A stretch of DNA of 64,000 bases, taken from assembly GCA_030152145.1 (NCBI GenBank), contig JASLIL010000025.1:34528-98527 (forward strand), written 5' to 3'. Position 1 is the first letter of the stretch; each line of letters opens with the position of its first letter. A program made the position numbers and the translations under genes. The DNA comes from Tissierellales bacterium (GTDB lineage Bacteria; Bacillota; Clostridia; Tissierellales; JASKZW01). Positions 1-10,269 of this stretch are shown here, one piece after another. Below the pieces are notes generated by a model. That model made no database searches and was not told the origin of the DNA. It was given only the letters and a program-made list of their open reading frames with translations.

Positions 1-219
1 TATGTAAAGATTACCTATAAACTCATAGTCTAAAAGGACTATTATAAAGATAGCAACAAAGCCTAGTATGGTTGAAAGGATCTGAGCCTTAACCTTAGAG
101 TTTGTTGGAAATGTCAAAGTTGCAGATTTAATCATTACTATTCCATAAATACAAAGTAAGAGGACAGTAAGAATTAATGTGAAATCTAGTCTTTTAAATG
201 ATTTTTTCTTAAAGTTCAA
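1..219 (-). CDS. FtsW/RodA/SpoVE (SEDS) family protein; first 73 codons only, gene runs off the left edge
   Basis: Own translation of the minus strand from TTG at 219 (AGGAG about 9 nt upstream) gives NFKKKSFKRLDFTLILTVLLLCIYGIVMIKSATL... This is a typical RodA/FtsW N-terminus plus first TM helix. The frame stays open to position 1. It is absent from the ORF track because it is truncated. Confidence 0.6.
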   Translation of the reverse strand, partial: MNFKKKSFKRLDFTLILTVLLLCIYGIVMIKSATLTFPTNSKVKAQILSTILGFVAIFIIVLLDYEFIGNLYI

Positions 220-457
220 TTTTAACTACTCCTTTAATTATTGTCCCTATAAATTATATCACATTTTAATAATAAGAGAATAAAACTATGGGATAAAAGT
301 CTAATACTTAATATTTTCCTGGTCTAGGTCCAGATTTACTAAAAAATAGGCCTATAAACCATAAGGGAGTCCTATAGCCTAGGGCCATATGATAAGGAAA
401 AGTAATTAGAAAAAAAGAAAATAAGTGTTACTATATACTTATAGGAGGTATGTGAAT

Positions 458-781
458 ATGAAAATAGGAGTAATTATAGAAACAAAGGAACTGGAAAAAG
501 CTTGGAATGCTTTGAGGTTTGCAGTTACAGCTAAGAAGGATAGGGGCCATGAAGTTAAGGTTTTCTTAATGGGAGAGGCAGTAGAACTAGAAGGCCTAAC
601 AGATGATGTTTACAATACTCAGGAACAGCTTTATAAGTTTAGGGATGCTGGTGGAGAGATATTGGCCTGTGGTACCTGCCTAAAATCAAGGAAGATGGGA
701 GAAACAGAAACTTGCCCAATATCCACTATGATAGATTGTGTGGAACTGGTAGAGTGGGCTGACAAGGTAGTTAACTTTTAA
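458..781 (+). CDS. DsrE/DsrF-like family protein
   Basis: ORF 425..781. AGGAGG at 443-448 favours ATG 458 (MKIGVIIETKE...). The product is about 107 aa and carries the ACGTCLKSR cysteine motif seen in DsrE-family proteins. Confidence 0.6.
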   Translation: MKIGVIIETKELEKAWNALRFAVTAKKDRGHEVKVFLMGEAVELEGLTDDVYNTQEQLYKFRDAGGEILACGTCLKSRKMGETETCPISTMIDCVELVEWADKVVNF

Positions 782-782
782 A

Positions 783-820
783 AAAAGAAACTCTTCTTTT
801 AACGGGGAAGAGTTTCTTTT
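783..820. terminator. Bidirectional stem-loop between convergent genes
   Basis: AAAAGAAACTCTTC (783-796) pairs with GAAGAGTTTCTTTT (807-820). An A-run precedes it and a T-run follows. The right arm overlaps the 3' end of the minus-strand CDS. Confidence 0.6.
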
Positions 821-1524
821 AATTTAGATTCCTTTTCAAGAGTTTTAAGAAGTTTCTCCTGAAAGTCATCATAAAGCTTACTGGATAGCTTTACTATTTC
901 ATTTATTTTATTTCTTTCATTCTTATCATCATGGGGACAAAGGTCTCCCCTTCCCATAGGTAGATTTTCATTTTCAACTACCTTTTTAATAATATCTTCC
1001 TTTATATATAGGAGTGGTCTGATCATATAAAGTTGGTGTTTTTCATTGTAGCCCAGGGGCTTAAAAACCTCAAAACTTTCATTTTTTAAGATATTCAAGA
1101 AAAAAGTATCACAGATATCTGTAAGGTGATGGCCATAGGCCAGCTTATTTGCTCCTAGATTCTTGGCTACAGTTGCCATGGCTCCTCTTTTATAATTAGA
1201 GCATAGGTAGCAAGGGCTCTTACTAGATTTGAAAATCTGATCATAAAGATCAAGTTTCTTATATATAAAGTCTATGGACTCATTTTTGCAAAAGTTTTCA
1301 ACAGAAGAAAGATCCAGCTTAAGGCCTATGTCAATATGGCAGGCTGTTAGCTTAAAATCTAGGTAGGATCTGGTTTGTAGCAATCTCAGTGCATATAGTA
1401 AGAAAATACTATCCTTGCCTCCTGACATACCAACTAGAATATGGTCTCCATTCTCTATGAGCTGGTAGTTATCAACAGCCCTTCTAATATCATTTAAAAA
1501 TAATTTATTATAAGATTTTTTCAT
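799..1524 (-). CDS. ttcA: PP-loop ATPase, TtcA-family tRNA thiolation enzyme
   Basis: 241 aa with the SGGKDS PP-loop motif (VGMSGGKDS), CxxC (CYLCSNYKRG) and a C-terminal CPHD cysteine. GGAGG lies 7 nt upstream of the ATG. Confidence 0.6.
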   Translation of the reverse strand: MKKSYNKLFLNDIRRAVDNYQLIENGDHILVGMSGGKDSIFLLYALRLLQTRSYLDFKLTACHIDIGLKLDLSSVENFCKNESIDFIYKKLDLYDQIFKSSKSPCYLCSNYKRGAMATVAKNLGANKLAYGHHLTDICDTFFLNILKNESFEVFKPLGYNEKHQLYMIRPLLYIKEDIIKKVVENENLPMGRGDLCPHDDKNERNKINEIVKLSSKLYDDFQEKLLKTLEKESKLKETLPR

Positions 1525-1568
1525 ACATCATCCTCCAAAATATATTATACTATAAATAGGAGATGAAA

Positions 1569-2678
1569 ATGAATAAAGAAGAGATTATAAAAAGAGAATG
1601 CAAAAACTTAAAAATAGATTTAGTAGGATTTACTGATGGTAGGCCCTCATATTTTCTAGAGGAAGCCTTAAATAGAAGACTTGAGACTGGCAACTATACT
1701 GAGTTTGAAGACCCTAACACTTCTAAGAAGCTGGATTTAAGAGCTATAGATAGGGACTACAGATCAGCCATAGTAATAGGTCTATCTTACCTAAATGACT
1801 ATAGGGGAGAGACTCTAGAAAACTCTGGCAACCTATCTAGGTCTAGCTGGGGGCAGGACTATCACAGGGTAGTAGGGGATAGGATAGAAAGGTTAATAGA
1901 AAGAGTTGAGGAAATCCTACCAGCTAAATATCAGGGCTTTGTAGACACAGGTCCCTTGGTAGATAGGAATCTAGCCTATGAGGCAGGACTGGGTTTCTAT
2001 GGTAAGAACAATTCTATTATAAATAAGGACTATGGTTCCTTTATATTTATAGGCTATATAGTTACAGACCTTGAGCTTTCCAAATCTTCCAAGGTCCAAG
2101 ATAGCTGTGGAGCCTGCCGAAAGTGTATAGACTATTGTCCTACAGGGGCCCTGGCTGAAAACTATGACTTTAATCCCAGGCTTTGTGTATCCTACCTAAG
2201 TCAGACAAAAAACAAAATACCCTATGATTTAAGGTTGAAAATGGGTAAGAGTATATATGGTTGCGACATTTGCCAGATGGTATGCCCCAGGAACAAAAAT
2301 GCTATAAGACCTAATCATCCAGAGTTTATGCCTTTTAAAACTCAGGGCCAGGTGGATCTAGTAGAGCTTATCCATATGACCAAGGGAGAGTTTAAGGATA
2401 AATATGGGGATATGTCTGGCGCATGGAGGGGGAAAAATGTCTTAGTTAGAAATGCTATTATAGCTCTGGCAAATAAGAGGGATAGGTCTAAGCTTGACTT
2501 ACTTTTAGAACTCTTAAGTCATGACAGCCCTATGATCAGGGAGTATAGTTTGTTTTCTCTAATCTATCTTCATAGATCCTACTTGGAGGTTTTTAAGGAT
2601 AGGGAGGATTTTCTAAGAACTAGGGGCTTGTGGGAGGAATATATGTCTATAGACCAGTATTTTAATAAAAAAATATAG
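1569..2678 (+). CDS. queG: tRNA epoxyqueuosine(34) reductase
   Basis: Contains two 4Fe-4S ferredoxin motifs (CGACRKCIDYCPTGA and CDICQMVCPRN) and a HEAT-like C-terminus. AGGAG at 1558-1562 abuts ATG 1563, so ATG 1569 is the better-spaced start. Confidence 0.85.
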   Translation: MNKEEIIKRECKNLKIDLVGFTDGRPSYFLEEALNRRLETGNYTEFEDPNTSKKLDLRAIDRDYRSAIVIGLSYLNDYRGETLENSGNLSRSSWGQDYHRVVGDRIERLIERVEEILPAKYQGFVDTGPLVDRNLAYEAGLGFYGKNNSIINKDYGSFIFIGYIVTDLELSKSSKVQDSCGACRKCIDYCPTGALAENYDFNPRLCVSYLSQTKNKIPYDLRLKMGKSIYGCDICQMVCPRNKNAIRPNHPEFMPFKTQGQVDLVELIHMTKGEFKDKYGDMSGAWRGKNVLVRNAIIALANKRDRSKLDLLLELLSHDSPMIREYSLFSLIYLHRSYLEVFKDREDFLRTRGLWEEYMSIDQYFNKKI

Positions 2679-2727
2679 TCTTTAATATGTTACAATAAGA
2701 TAAAGATATAAAATAGGAGGGATTTTC

Positions 2728-3918
2728 TTGACTAATAATGTACATGAGTTAAACTATTTAAAGGAAAATATACAGGAACTAAAAGATGATGGTGTATATA
2801 GAGAACTTCCAGTATTGGGTGGACCAAACGATGCAGAGATAAACTTGAATGGTAAGAGCGTTATAAACCTTTCATCCAATAACTACCTAGGATTTGCCAA
2901 TCATCCAAGACTTAAAAAAGCTTCTATAGAAGCTATTGAAAAGTATGGTGTTGGATCAGGAGCAGTTAGAACTATTGTTGGTAATATGCAAATCCATGAG
3001 GAGCTAGAGGAATTACTGGCAGAGTTTAAAAAAGAAGAAGCAGTATTTTTATATCAATCAGGATTTAACTGTAATGCAGGTACTATCCAAGCTATTACAG
3101 GCAAGGGAGACTTGATTATATCTGATGAATTAAATCATGCTTCTATTATAGATGGTACTAGATTATCTAGGGCAGACAAGGCTATTTTCAGACACTCAGA
3201 TATGGATCACCTAGAAGAGATCTTAAGGGAGAGAAGAAAGGACTACAAGAATGTTCTTATAATTACTGATGGTGTTTTCAGTATGGATGGAGACTTGGCT
3301 AAACTTCCAGAGATAGTGGACTTGGCTGAAAAATATGAAGCTATGACCTATGTTGATGATGCCCATGGTTCAGGAGTGCTAGGAGAGAATGGACGTGGAA
3401 CTGTTGACCATTTTGGCCTACATGGTAGAGTGGACTTTATAGTAGGAACTCTTTCAAAGGCTATAGGTGTTATAGGTGGTTATGTAGCAGGTTCTCAAAC
3501 AATGTATGATTGGTTGAATCACAGAGCTAGACCAGTGCTATTTAGTACATCTTTACCACCAGCAGCAGTTGGAGCTATAAAGGAATCTATTACAATTCTT
3601 ATGGAAACTGATGAGTATACAAATAGACTTTGGGACAATGCTAACTACTTTAAAAAGGAATTGGGAGAGTTAGGTTTTGATACAGGCCATAGTGAAACTC
3701 CTATTACCCCAGTTATTATAGGTGATGAAGCTAAGACTATGGAGTTTAGTAGAAGACTACTAGACAAGGGTGTATTTGTTTCTGCTATTATATTCCCAAC
3801 TGTACCTCAGGGAACAGGAAGAGTTAGATGCATGGTTACAGCAGGCCATACTAAGGAGCAATTGGCTAGAGCTGTTAAGGCATTTAAAGAAGTTGGAGAG
3901 GAAATGGAAATATTATAA
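2728..3918 (+). CDS. kbl: Glycine C-acetyltransferase (2-amino-3-ketobutyrate CoA ligase), PLP-dependent
   Basis: 396 aa alpha-oxoamine synthase family protein. Motifs include SNNYLG, DDAHG and the PLP-lysine context TLSKA. TTG start lies 6 nt after AGGAGGG. Confidence 0.8.
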   Translation: MTNNVHELNYLKENIQELKDDGVYRELPVLGGPNDAEINLNGKSVINLSSNNYLGFANHPRLKKASIEAIEKYGVGSGAVRTIVGNMQIHEELEELLAEFKKEEAVFLYQSGFNCNAGTIQAITGKGDLIISDELNHASIIDGTRLSRADKAIFRHSDMDHLEEILRERRKDYKNVLIITDGVFSMDGDLAKLPEIVDLAEKYEAMTYVDDAHGSGVLGENGRGTVDHFGLHGRVDFIVGTLSKAIGVIGGYVAGSQTMYDWLNHRARPVLFSTSLPPAAVGAIKESITILMETDEYTNRLWDNANYFKKELGELGFDTGHSETPITPVIIGDEAKTMEFSRRLLDKGVFVSAIIFPTVPQGTGRVRCMVTAGHTKEQLARAVKAFKEVGEEMEIL

Positions 3919-3942
3919 AAAAAGGGGTTATCCCCTTTTTTT
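3918..3942 (+). terminator. Rho-independent terminator after kbl
   Basis: AAAAAAGGGG-TTAT-CCCCTTTTTTT. Confidence 0.75.
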
Positions 3943-3963
3943 ATTTACTGAAAAGGTGATGAG

Positions 3964-4245
3964 ATGCTAGTAGGAATTGGAGAAGTGGAGATCTATGTTT
4001 ACCAGGCAGATTCTCTAAAGGAAAAGAGGATGGTTTTAAAGAGCTTAATAGAGAGAATAAAGTCTAGATATAATGTATCCATAGCTGAGGTGGACCATAA
4101 TGATAAGTGGAATAGGGCCCTTATAGGTTTTAGCTATGTGTCCAATGATTCTAGGAAAATAGAAAGCAATATGGCAGCTGTTTTAAACTTTATAGAAAAT
4201 GATTGCCGAGTTGAAATAGTTTATGATAATATAGAAATTGTGTAG
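3964..4245 (+). CDS. DUF503 (YlxP-like) family protein
   Basis: 93 aa. The N-terminus MLVGIGEVEIYVYQADSLKEKRMVLKSLIERIKSRYNVSIAEVD matches the DUF503 pattern. Confidence 0.7.
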   Translation: MLVGIGEVEIYVYQADSLKEKRMVLKSLIERIKSRYNVSIAEVDHNDKWNRALIGFSYVSNDSRKIESNMAAVLNFIENDCRVEIVYDNIEIV

Positions 4246-4253
4246 GTGATAAT

Positions 4254-4898
4254 GTGAAGGGAATATTAAATAAAAAAGATAGGGAAGAAGTTATAAAAAT
4301 ATTACTTGAACTATACCCAGATGCAAAGGCCGAGCTTGATCACAGTAATGAGTTTGAGCTTTTAATTGCTACAATATTGTCAGCACAGTGTACTGATGTT
4401 AGGGTGAACAAGGTAACAAAGGAACTATTTGATAGGGTAAAAACTCCGGAAGAATATTTGGAATTAGGTCAAGAAGAACTAGAGGAACTTATAAGAACTT
4501 GTGGATTCTATAGAAATAAGAGTAAGAATATTCTAGGAACTTGCAAAATGCTAATAGATGAATATGATGGAAAAGTACCAGGTACTTTGGAAGAACTGGT
4601 AAGGCTGCCAGGAGTAGGCAGAAAGACTGCCAATGTAGTCCTAAGCAATGCTTTTGACACTCCAGCCATAGCAGTAGACACCCATGTTTTCAGAGTATCA
4701 AATAGAATAGGACTTGCTAATAGTGATAATGTTTTGGAGACAGAAAAGCAGCTTATGAAAAACATAGATAAAAATATGTGGAGTAAGGCTCATCACTTAA
4801 TCATATTCCATGGGAGACGTATGTGTAAGGCAAGAAAACCTCTTTGTGAAGAATGCCCTTTAACGGAACTTTGTAAGCACTATAAGAAGTCCCGTTAA
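4254..4898 (+). CDS. nth: Endonuclease III
   Basis: HhH-GPD motif (LPGVGRKTANVVL) and C-terminal 4Fe-4S cluster ligands (CKARKPLCEECPLTELC). Confidence 0.9.
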   Translation: MKGILNKKDREEVIKILLELYPDAKAELDHSNEFELLIATILSAQCTDVRVNKVTKELFDRVKTPEEYLELGQEELEELIRTCGFYRNKSKNILGTCKMLIDEYDGKVPGTLEELVRLPGVGRKTANVVLSNAFDTPAIAVDTHVFRVSNRIGLANSDNVLETEKQLMKNIDKNMWSKAHHLIIFHGRRMCKARKPLCEECPLTELCKHYKKSR

Positions 4899-4932
4899 TT
4901 ATATATATAATATAATTAAGAGGAGGTATATC

Positions 4933-6348
4933 ATGGATGAAAAGATAGATGATATGTTAGACGATTCTTTGGACCAGGATGTAGCTAGTAAAAAACAAGG
5001 CTTTTTAAGAAGGATGAGCTTTAAGGGTAAGGCTGCAATAGCGCTATTATTAATACTTTTTATAGGATTAGGAGTAGTTCTTTACCAATTAAATGAAATC
5101 CTAGAAAGTCCCTTGATCTATGAAGGTGTAAAAATAGAAAATATACCAGTAAGTGGAGTAACAAAGGATCAGGCGTCGAAAAAGGTTAAGGATAAGATGG
5201 AGAAGGACATTGACGGCAAGATAATGACCCTGACCTACCATGATAAGGAATACAAGGTAAATATAAGGGAACTAGGCTTTAAGTACGATTATGAAAAAGC
5301 CTTAAAGGAAGCCTACCAACTGGGAAGAAAGGGAAAGCGTATAGATAGGCTTAAGTTTATAAAGGACTTGAAAGATAACCCTGTAAATATAGACCTAGAG
5401 TCTTCCTACGATAAATCTCTAGCCAACAATATAGTGGGACCTATTGAAGCTGAAATAAATAGGGACAAAATAGAGTCAACCTTTAAGTTTAATGGTGGTG
5501 ACTTTATTGTTTCAGATCACCAGGTAGGAAAAGTAGTAAATATAGAAGAGCTAATAGGGCTTATAAACAATAATATATATGATTTAAAACCAATTGAAAT
5601 ACCAGTAGAGGATATACATCCTACTAGGACAAAAGAGCTTCTAACTAGAATTAATGGGGTTATAGGCGATTATAGAACAGCCTTTCCTACCAGTACTCCT
5701 GGCAGAAAGGAAAATATAAGAATATCAGCAGCAGCCATGGAGAAGGATATAATAATGCCAGGTCAAACAGTTTCTTTCAATGACCTGACAGGGCCAAGAA
5801 GTATAGCCAATGGCTACAAGGATTCTACAGTTATAGTAGCAGGGGACTACACATCTGGTGTAGGAGGAGGAGTTTGTCAGACTTCAACTACCTTATATAA
5901 TGCCTTGCTACAGGCAGATATGACCATAGTTCAAAGGTCACCCCACTCTATACCAGCTAAATATGTACCCTATGGTCAGGATGCGGCAGTGGCTTATGGA
6001 TATCTTGATCTAAAATTTAGGAACGACTATGATTTTCCTATATATATAAAGTCCATATATACAGGAAATGAGTTAACTTTTAAGATTTATGGAGATCAAA
6101 ATGCTAAAAACTATTTGGTAAAGATTCAACCGGAAACTGTAGAGGTTATAGAGCCTAAGACAGAGACTATAGTTGATAACTCCTTGGCAGTAGGTCAAAA
6201 GGAAGTTGTTCAATATGGTAGAACAGGCTACAAGGTTCATACCTACAAGTCAAAGGTCAAGAATGGTGAGGTTATATCTAGGGAACTAATAACCAAGGAC
6301 CACTATAAGTCTAGAAATACAGTTTATAGGGTTGGACCAGATGCCTAG
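4933..6348 (+). CDS. VanW family protein with N-terminal membrane anchor
   Basis: 471 aa with one TM helix (AAIALLLILFIGLGVVLY) and a VanW-type core (GGGVCQTSTTLYNA). Confidence 0.8.
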   Translation: MDEKIDDMLDDSLDQDVASKKQGFLRRMSFKGKAAIALLLILFIGLGVVLYQLNEILESPLIYEGVKIENIPVSGVTKDQASKKVKDKMEKDIDGKIMTLTYHDKEYKVNIRELGFKYDYEKALKEAYQLGRKGKRIDRLKFIKDLKDNPVNIDLESSYDKSLANNIVGPIEAEINRDKIESTFKFNGGDFIVSDHQVGKVVNIEELIGLINNNIYDLKPIEIPVEDIHPTRTKELLTRINGVIGDYRTAFPTSTPGRKENIRISAAAMEKDIIMPGQTVSFNDLTGPRSIANGYKDSTVIVAGDYTSGVGGGVCQTSTTLYNALLQADMTIVQRSPHSIPAKYVPYGQDAAVAYGYLDLKFRNDYDFPIYIKSIYTGNELTFKIYGDQNAKNYLVKIQPETVEVIEPKTETIVDNSLAVGQKEVVQYGRTGYKVHTYKSKVKNGEVISRELITKDHYKSRNTVYRVGPDA

Positions 6349-6799
6349 AGTTTTAGTAACTTGGCAGGGCTACAATATAGTCCTCTATATTAATGAAGGA
6401 AAAGTTAAGAGGCTGACTATAAATGAAAACCTAGAAGCTATAGAAGGAATTACAAGAACTGATGAATATGGTTATAGCAAGAGGCTTATAGATTATTTAG
6501 AGAAGAGGTCTAGGTCTATTAATATACCAATTGACTATGAGGCAACAGACTTTCAAAGGAGAGTTTATGAGGCCAGCCTGGCCATACCCTATGGGGAAAC
6601 CAGATCCTATAAGGATATAGCTAGGGCCAGTGGCAGTTCTAGGGCCTACCAGGCAGTAGGTCAGGCCTTAAATAAAAATCCTCTTCCTATTATAATACCT
6701 TGTCATAGGGTTATAGGGGCAGGAGGAAGTTTAGTTGGATATGTCTATGGTAGTCACTTGAAAAGTAAATTAATTTCTATGGAAAGAGAAGGTATATAA
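6341..6799 (+). CDS. ogt: Methylated-DNA--protein-cysteine methyltransferase
   Basis: Active-site motif IPCHRVIG. ATG 6341 overlaps the vanW stop by 8 nt; the ORF-track TTG at 6332 is an alternative start. Confidence 0.85.
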   Translation: MPRVLVTWQGYNIVLYINEGKVKRLTINENLEAIEGITRTDEYGYSKRLIDYLEKRSRSINIPIDYEATDFQRRVYEASLAIPYGETRSYKDIARASGSSRAYQAVGQALNKNPLPIIIPCHRVIGAGGSLVGYVYGSHLKSKLISMEREGI

Positions 6800-6805
6800 A
6801 GACAG

Positions 6806-6828
6806 ACTCCCCTTAGGGGAGTTTGTTT
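6806..6828 (+). terminator. Rho-independent terminator after ogt
   Basis: ACTCCCC-TTA-GGGGAGT followed by TTGTTT. Confidence 0.7.
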
Positions 6829-6923
6829 AATCTTTATAGCTGTTTTCTATAAAAATATAATGAATATTATTAAATATAATGATATAGTAAAATTAAGATG
6901 TATTTACTATTTAGGAGGAAGAT

Positions 6924-7757
6924 ATGAAATATGATTTAATTGCTACTGATTTAGATGGAACTCTCCTAAACAGTCAGCATGAGATATCAAAGGAGAACCT
7001 AAGGCTTCTAGGAGAGGCAAAGAGACAAGGGAAGGAAGTTGTTTTTGCAACTGGCCGAATTTTACCTTCGGCTTTATATAAATTTCAAAAATTAGATTTT
7101 CATAGTTTTATCATAGCCTGTAATGGTGCCATAATAGTGGACACAAAAAGTGCTAGGGTTCTAGACATGACCCCTATAGATAAAACTGTAGCTAAGGAGG
7201 CGATAGAAGTAGCCAAGAATCATAGGATCTATTACCAGTTTTATACTGAAGATAGTATCTATGTGGAAAAGGCAGAACTTTACGGACATGCTTTGGAAAT
7301 ATACAGAGAAATAAGAGAGATCTTTATGGCCCAGGGCGTAAAGATAGTAGAGGTAGATAATCTTTCAGAGACAATAGACAGGGAGAACTTGAATATTTTG
7401 AAGTTTATATATTTCTCAGATAATAAGAGAAAGTTGTCGGAGTTCAGAAAAGATCTAGAGAATCTGAAGGGTGCTAGAGTTGTTAGCTCTATGAAGAACA
7501 ATATAGAGTTGATGGCAGAGGGCGTAGGAAAAGGATATGGTTTAGAAAGACTTTGTAAGTCCCTGAATATGCCTATAGAAAAAACCATAGGCATAGGTGA
7601 TAATGAAAATGATATAGACTTAATAGAGTCAGCGGGCTTAGGCGTGGCCATGGATAATGCAGATCCAGCTATAAAGGAATTTGCAGACCTGGTTACAAGT
7701 AGTAATGATGATAATGGAGTAGGTCTAATTGTTCAAAAATATATGTTAGAAGGATAG
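6924..7757 (+). CDS. Cof-type HAD-IIB family hydrolase
   Basis: N-terminal DLDGTLL motif and C-terminal GDNENDIDL motif. Confidence 0.85.
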   Translation: MKYDLIATDLDGTLLNSQHEISKENLRLLGEAKRQGKEVVFATGRILPSALYKFQKLDFHSFIIACNGAIIVDTKSARVLDMTPIDKTVAKEAIEVAKNHRIYYQFYTEDSIYVEKAELYGHALEIYREIREIFMAQGVKIVEVDNLSETIDRENLNILKFIYFSDNKRKLSEFRKDLENLKGARVVSSMKNNIELMAEGVGKGYGLERLCKSLNMPIEKTIGIGDNENDIDLIESAGLGVAMDNADPAIKEFADLVTSSNDDNGVGLIVQKYMLEG

Positions 7758-7765
7758 TGAGAGTT

Positions 7766-8233
7766 ATGGCAATAAATATAGTTTTAGTGGAGCCAGAAAT
7801 ACCACAAAATACAGGAAATATAGCTAGAACTTGTGCCTTAACAAAGATGAAGCTTCATCTTGTTAGGCCATTGGGATTTAGTGTAGATGATAAGCATCTT
7901 AAAAGAGCGGGCCTTGATTATTGGAATCTAGTTGATATTAGCTACTATGATAATCTAGAGGATTTCTTTAAAAAAAATGAAGGAGGAAGATTTTTCTTCT
8001 CTACTACTAAGGCAAAGAAGCTCTATACAGACTTTAAGTATAAGGAGGATGATTTCTTTATATTTGGCAAGGAAACCAAGGGATTAGATGAGGATTTAAT
8101 CTATAGTCATCTGGACACCTGTATAAAGATCCCTATGATAACTGAAGTTAAAAGATCTTTAAATCTTGCTAACTCTGTAAATATAATAACCTTTGAAGCA
8201 TTGAGACAATTGGATTTTCCCTTTTACAATTAA
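7766..8233 (+). CDS. trmL: tRNA (cytidine/uridine(34)-2'-O)-methyltransferase, SpoU/TrmH family
   Basis: About 155 aa with the pattern INIVLVEPEIPQNTGNIARTC. GTG 7757 is an alternative start. Confidence 0.8.
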   Translation: MAINIVLVEPEIPQNTGNIARTCALTKMKLHLVRPLGFSVDDKHLKRAGLDYWNLVDISYYDNLEDFFKKNEGGRFFFSTTKAKKLYTDFKYKEDDFFIFGKETKGLDEDLIYSHLDTCIKIPMITEVKRSLNLANSVNIITFEALRQLDFPFYN

Positions 8234-8260
8234 AATGAGAGTGATTAAGGAGGGTATTAA

Positions 8261-9868
8261 TTGGAAATTGCTTTACCTGTATTAGGAGGTTTAGGACTTT
8301 TTTTATATGGAATGAACCTAATGGGAGTGGGTCTTGAAAATGCAGCTGGAGAGAAACTTAAGAAGCTGATAGAGATACTTACTAACAATAGGGTGATGGG
8401 TGTTTTAGTTGGTGCTATGGTTACTATGATAATCCAAAGTAGTAGTGCCACAACAGTTATGGTTATAGGTTTTGTTAATGCAGGGCTAATGACCTTACCA
8501 CAGGCTGCAGGAGTTATTATGGGTGCCAACCTTGGTACAACTGTTACATCCCAGCTAATTGCTTTTAATTTAACGGATTATGCACCCTTGGCTATTGCTA
8601 TAGGTGTTGCTATGTGGCTTTTTGCCAAGAGAAAGAAGACAAAGAACTTAGCGGAAATATTCATAGGCTTTGGTATTTTATTTATGGGAATGGACATGAT
8701 GAGTGGTGGACTAGCTCCACTAGCAGATAATCAGTCCTTTAAGGATATTATGGTAAACTTAAATAATCCTATACTGGGAGTAATTGTTGGATTAGGTTTA
8801 ACTACCATACTTCAAAGTAGTAGTGCTTCTATAGGATTACTTCAAGCTCTAGCATCTCAGGGCCTTATTACCCTAGGGATGGCCTTCCCAATCTTATATG
8901 GAGATAATATTGGTACAACGACTACAGCTTTACTATCAAGTATTGGAGCAAATAAGACAGCTAAAAGAGCAGCTGTTATACACTTTCTATTTAACCTAAT
9001 AGGAACTATTCTTTTTGTTACTGTACTTAGAAGGCCAGTAGAGTTTATAGTTATGAAGATCTCACCAACAGATGTTAGAAGACAGATAGCCAACGCTCAT
9101 ACACTTTTTAACTTAGTTAATGTTTTGGTTCAGCTTCCTATAGCCCATCTATTGGTTAAGGCTGCTATAAGACTGGTACCAGGTGATGAGGATGAGGAAC
9201 ATTCAGGAGCAATGTACCTGGATAAGAGAATCATAAGTACACCATCTATAGCCTTGGGACAGGTGGAGAAAGAAGTTATAAGGATGGGCAAGATTGTATC
9301 AGATAACCTTTCTACTTCATCACTGGCCTTTAAGAATAAGGATGAGAAGCTGGTAAATGAAGTTCTTTCTCAGGAGAGGGTTATTAACAGAATAGAAAAG
9401 GATATATTGGAGTATTTAGTAGAACTGTCTAACGCACCACTTTTAGATGATCAAAATACAGAGGTCAACATCCTTATAAATGTAATAAATGATATGGAGA
9501 GGGTTGGAGATCATGCCGAGAATATAGCAGAATTATCACAAATAGCTATAGATGAAAAATTAACTTTCACCAGTGAAGCCCTAGAGGAATTTGATATTAT
9601 ATTTAATAAGACCATAGAGGTATTTAAAAAGGCAACTGAGTCTATAAGAGATCAAGATATGGAGAAAGCTAAAGTAGTACTAGGTTTAGAGGAGGAAATA
9701 GACTCTCTAGAGAAGCACTATAGGGCTAATCATATATATAGACTAAATAAGCATCTTTGTGAGCCAGATTCAGGTGTTATATTTTTAGATATAATTTCAA
9801 ATCTTGAAAGAATATCTGACCACTCATCTAATATGGCTATGTATGTATTGGATAAAAGTATAGTATAA
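8261..9868 (+). CDS. Na/Pi cotransporter family protein with C-terminal PhoU-like repeats
   Basis: 535 aa. Duplicated QSSSATT / QSSSASI motifs lie in TM repeats, and PhoU-like (E/D)RxxDH motifs lie in the cytosolic tail. Confidence 0.85.
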   Translation: MEIALPVLGGLGLFLYGMNLMGVGLENAAGEKLKKLIEILTNNRVMGVLVGAMVTMIIQSSSATTVMVIGFVNAGLMTLPQAAGVIMGANLGTTVTSQLIAFNLTDYAPLAIAIGVAMWLFAKRKKTKNLAEIFIGFGILFMGMDMMSGGLAPLADNQSFKDIMVNLNNPILGVIVGLGLTTILQSSSASIGLLQALASQGLITLGMAFPILYGDNIGTTTTALLSSIGANKTAKRAAVIHFLFNLIGTILFVTVLRRPVEFIVMKISPTDVRRQIANAHTLFNLVNVLVQLPIAHLLVKAAIRLVPGDEDEEHSGAMYLDKRIISTPSIALGQVEKEVIRMGKIVSDNLSTSSLAFKNKDEKLVNEVLSQERVINRIEKDILEYLVELSNAPLLDDQNTEVNILINVINDMERVGDHAENIAELSQIAIDEKLTFTSEALEEFDIIFNKTIEVFKKATESIRDQDMEKAKVVLGLEEEIDSLEKHYRANHIYRLNKHLCEPDSGVIFLDIISNLERISDHSSNMAMYVLDKSIV

Positions 9869-9899
9869 AAACCTTTATTAAAAATCTTTATAAAAGGTA

Positions 9900-9928
9900 T
9901 TGTAATTATATAACTTATATACTATAAT
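9900..9928 (+). promoter_or_regulatory. Sigma-A type promoter driving the glycine riboswitch leader
   Basis: TTGTAA (9900-9905), 17-nt spacer, TATAAT (9923-9928). Confidence 0.55.
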
Positions 9929-9993
9929 GAAATTCCAGAGATAAAGTGTTAAGGAAATATCAAGCAATAGCAATTGAATATTTTCGGATGAAA

Positions 9994-10165
9994 AGAACGG
10001 GAGAGACCGATAGGCGCCGAAGGATTAAGCTATAGTGTTTGCCATATTATAGTGACAATCTCAGGTAAAAAGGACCGTTCTTAGACGAAGCTCTGAAAAG
10101 CTTTTAGCACCGAAGGAGCAATCCTTATAAAAAAGGGGAATCTCTCAGGTTTCAGGACAGAGTGG
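9994..10165 (+). promoter_or_regulatory. Tandem glycine riboswitch (two aptamers)
   Basis: Aptamer 1 has P1 GAACGG (9996-10001) paired with CCGTTC (10075-10080), plus GGGAGAG...GCGCCGAAGGA...CTCAGGTAAAAAGGAC. Aptamer 2 has P1 CTCTG (10091-10095) paired with CAGAG (10158-10162), plus CACCGAAGGAGCAA...CTCTCAGGTTTCAGGACAGAG. Both match the conserved glycine-aptamer core. Confidence 0.85.
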
Positions 10166-10200
10166 AAGGCAAGCTTATTCCCTATGTTCTGTTTTTTTTA
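10155..10200 (+). terminator. Riboswitch expression-platform terminator
   Basis: ACAGAGTG (10157-10164) pairs with TATGTTCTGT (10183-10192) with some G-U pairs, followed by T8. The left arm shares the 3' strand of aptamer-2 P1, as expected for a glycine ON switch. Confidence 0.6.
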
Positions 10201-10240
10201 TGCAAAAAATAAACTTTTTTAAGTTAAAGATAAAACATAG

Positions 10241-10269
10241 TTGAAAGAGTTATTAACTTTGTATATAAT
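10241..10269 (+). promoter_or_regulatory. Second sigma-A type promoter between the riboswitch terminator and trxB
   Basis: TTGAAA (10241-10246), 17-nt spacer, TATAAT (10264-10269). Confidence 0.45.

Noticed and set aside
319-333. CTGGTCTAGGTCCAG resembling the 37558 palindrome
   Set aside because: The arms match only 5 of 7 positions. It reads better as a GGTC direct repeat and is not enough to define a shared motif.
348-395. Recurring GGCCTATA motif (also at about 49066 and 49105) and a bulged hairpin upstream of the DsrE-like gene
   Set aside because: The same octamer also occurs inside coding regions (for example pgk at about 27372 and a MATE gene at about 36656). There is no U-tract and no recognisable riboswitch core.
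3770-3970. 66-aa ORF overlapping the 3' end of kbl
   Set aside because: It is an alternative frame of a well-supported CDS, spans the kbl terminator, and has no RBS.
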